From: Methanobacteriota archaeon
GTDB taxonomy: Archaea; Halobacteriota; Methanosarcinia; Methanosarcinales; Methanogasteraceae
DNA length: 28,285 nt
Reading direction: 5' to 3'
Assembly: GCA_034658995.1 (NCBI GenBank)
Contig: JAYEGG010000347.1
Span: 1-28,285, forward strand
Positions 26,305 to 28,285 of this stretch are shown here, one piece after another; within the stretch, counting starts at the first letter, position 1, and every line of letters begins with the position of its first letter. The notes below the pieces were generated by a model. It did not search any database and was not told the origin of the DNA. It saw only the letters and a program-made list of their open reading frames with translations. The translations under genes were made by a program, and so were the position numbers.

Positions 26305-27594
26305 TCAGTTCTCCTCAGTCCACGGCGTGGGATACGCATACACACCCTGATACTCTACACCAAGGAACGTCTCAAACCACTCTTTGTGAATTGCAGCAGG
26401 GTCCACATCCTCAAAGAGCGTGGGGTGGAGATACTTAGCCAGGTAGGAGAGCCAGACAGACTGGTGTGTCGACGAGGCATCGGAACTGATAAAGTACACC
26501 CTATCATCCCTGACCGCATCGATATGATCAAAGCCGAAATAATTCATTATGTACTCAGTTCTTACCTCGTCAACCGGACCGGTATCCGTTATATCATATC
26601 CAAGAGCTTCGCCAGTAGCGCTACTCCATGCCATTGCAATGATTACCTCGGGGTTTCGCACGATGATCTCTTCAGCATCCACGCCTACGTATCCATCCAC
26701 ATCAGCGAAGATGTTGGTGCCACCACAGAGTTCGATGTTATTGTGGTGGGCTGTACCGCCGCCTGCGACATGCGTGGGATCGCCGTAATAACTAACACCC
26801 AGACAATAGTACGCTTTAGTCCTCTCTTCGGGCTCCAGGTCCTTCACTCGCTCTTTTATTATGTCGGTGTGATCTTTCTCAAAACTGATAAGCTCTTCAG
26901 CCCGCTCTCTATTCCCCAGCAACCATCCGAGGTTCCGGATCTCGTAAGGGTGCTTCTCAGGCTGGCTGAAATCCGCATGAACCAGCGGAATTCCGGCAGC
27001 GTTCAATTGTTCATCAGTCTCAGGAGAATATGTGTACGAGTAAGTAAGTACGATATCAGGATTCAGTTCCAGGACTTTTTCCATATCAAAGCCGCCGTGG
27101 GTGATATCATGCCCTGTTCCAACCGAAGGCGTGTCTCCTAATAAAGTTCTGGTCTCTCCTCTCATCTTTGACCCCTCGATGACTCCAACGATCTTATCCG
27201 CAGCTTCGAATGCGCAAACTGTTTCAGCAGCGAAATTGCTCAAAACCACCATCCGTTCTACCGGCATAGGCACCGTTACTGGTTTTTCAGTGAGGTCCGG
27301 AGGATATCCCATATACTGAAGCAGCGTTAACTCCTTCTCCTTCCCGAGTATGACAAGCTCTATCTGCGTTACATCCTGCATGTTAATCTTGCCGTCGTAC
27401 TTTGCGTCCGATAGTTCTGTCTGGTCACGGTACTCGAGGATTATCAGCTCGGTGTACGTCACATCCTGCATGTTTATCGTGTCGTCCTCGTTTGCGTTAC
27501 CGAAGACGCCAAGCGTGAAGTCGGATGCTGCTGCCGGCAGTGCAAAGAGCAAGAGAACCGCGACAATTCCAGGCAATATCATGCTTATTCTCAT
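26305..27594 (-). CDS. Dockerin-fused class III substrate-binding protein SBP5
   Basis: Signal peptide, dockerin, MPVERMV, EKVLELNPDIVL and AVRDDRVY. Confidence 0.92.
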   Translation of the reverse strand: MRISMILPGIVAVLLLFALPAAASDFTLGVFGNANEDDTINMQDVTYTELIILEYRDQTELSDAKYDGKINMQDVTQIELVILGKEKELTLLQYMGYPPDLTEKPVTVPMPVERMVVLSNFAAETVCAFEAADKIVGVIEGSKMRGETRTLLGDTPSVGTGHDITHGGFDMEKVLELNPDIVLTYSYTYSPETDEQLNAAGIPLVHADFSQPEKHPYEIRNLGWLLGNRERAEELISFEKDHTDIIKERVKDLEPEERTKAYYCLGVSYYGDPTHVAGGGTAHHNNIELCGGTNIFADVDGYVGVDAEEIIVRNPEVIIAMAWSSATGEALGYDITDTGPVDEVRTEYIMNYFGFDHIDAVRDDRVYFISSDASSTHQSVWLSYLAKYLHPTLFEDVDPAAIHKEWFETFLGVEYQGVYAYPTPWTEEN

Positions 27595-27616
27595 TATATG
27601 TCACCTCAAACGCTGT

Positions 27617-28285
27617 TCAACTTGCAAGCGGGGGGTGCACAAACGCACCCTCCTCTGTTACGTCGAAGTCTATGCCACAGAATCGATCCACGTATTCCTG
27701 CTGGATCACCTGTGGATCCATATCAGCAAATACTTCCGGATGGAACCACTTTGCCAGGTACACAAGACCCGCAGGCATCGCAGGAGTGTACAGGATATCA
27801 TTGTTGATCACGTGTACACGACCGTTCTTTACAGCTCCGGTATTGTCAAATCCCGGAACATCCAATATCTTATCGTATTCTATAACGATCTCACTATCAT
27901 CATCCGCACCCCAGCCACCCTTGCTGACACCTCCGGCTATCACTTCCGGATTCTGCTCCAGAACCCATTCCACACTCACCTTCGGAAATGTGTCAACTCC
28001 GAGATCCGCACCGATGTTACAGCCCCCTACTCTCGCACACTGCTGACCCATTCCGGTTCCTTCAGTGTATGTCTTCATATCGGTGTCTGTTATGCCGTAG
28101 GTGCTGATTAAGAATACTCTGGGTTTGTCATCCTCTGAGATCTGCGAGACCCGGTCGTCTATCTCGTCAACGTATCCGTCGTACCAGTCGAGATATTCGT
28201 CTGCGGCATCTCGATCTCCGAGCAGGTATCCAAGCTTATTCATCTCTTCTCTGAGCGTCTCGGGTTTGTAGAGGTCAAGACGAAC
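27617..28285 (-). CDS. Class III substrate-binding protein SBP6, C-terminal part (5' end outside the window)
   Basis: Frame open to the edge (VRLDLYKPETLREEMNKLGY..); EWVLEQNPEVI, AVKNGRVH and GAFVHPP. Whether it has a dockerin cannot be seen. Confidence 0.9.
   Translation of the reverse strand, partial: VRLDLYKPETLREEMNKLGYLLGDRDAADEYLDWYDGYVDEIDDRVSQISEDDKPRVFLISTYGITDTDMKTYTEGTGMGQQCARVGGCNIGADLGVDTFPKVSVEWVLEQNPEVIAGGVSKGGWGADDDSEIVIEYDKILDVPGFDNTGAVKNGRVHVINNDILYTPAMPAGLVYLAKWFHPEVFADMDPQVIQQEYVDRFCGIDFDVTEEGAFVHPPLAS

Larger units (their letters stand above)
20084..27535 (-). repeat. Five dispersed ~190-bp direct repeats encoding the dockerin cassette
   Basis: Copies at about 20084-20275, 21361-21550, 22629-22820, 26022-26213 and 27343-27535, all encoding GNANEDDTINMQDVTYTELIILEYRD.TEL.D.KYD.KINMQDVTQIEL.ILG. 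Confidence 0.93.

Noticed and set aside
20084-27535. CRISPR array or DGR template/variable repeats
   Set aside because: The repeats are ~190-bp coding cassettes at gene starts with mostly synonymous differences; no regular spacers, no adenine-specific variation and no reverse transcriptase or cas gene.
10970-28111. Long plus-strand ORFs (10970-11674, 13935-14705, 21596-22174, 22190-22810, 26149-27141, 27350-28111 and others)
   Set aside because: Antisense to well-supported genes; no motifs; similarity between them only mirrors the dockerin repeat.
1-28285. Cellulolytic cellulosome
   Set aside because: Dockerins are fused to transport binding proteins; no glycoside hydrolase or CBM is present.
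1-28285. tRNA, rRNA or riboswitch (for example cobalamin)
   Set aside because: No recognisable conserved RNA motif in the short intergenic regions; an Infernal/Rfam scan would be needed to be sure.

Overview
Gene-dense archaeal window (my inference: Methanosarcinales/ANME-like). Every credible gene is on the minus strand and many are coupled by ATGA/GTGA overlaps. In transcription order (right to left): an array of at least six BtuF/FecB-type (class III) substrate-binding proteins, five seen whole and each starting with a signal peptide plus a near-identical dockerin, interrupted by a SAM methyltransferase + radical SAM pair; a FecCD/BtuC permease; nitrogenase-like module 1 (D-like, K-like, NifH-like, methyltransferase); permease, ATPase, permease; module 2 (D-like, K-like, NifH-like, two methyltransferases); module 3 (D-like, K-like, no NifH); a Gate/nucleoside-recognition membrane protein; and a cohesin-domain protein cut by the left edge and missed by the ORF track. 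None of the D-like subunits has the FeMo-cofactor Cys ligand, so this is not N2 fixation. It reads as an uncharacterised import-reduce-methylate system for a metal chelate or tetrapyrrole, with binding proteins tethered by dockerin-cohesin. Intergenic DNA holds a 233-bp MITE-like element, REP-like palindromes and a candidate operator. All calls come from reading motifs by eye; no searches were run.
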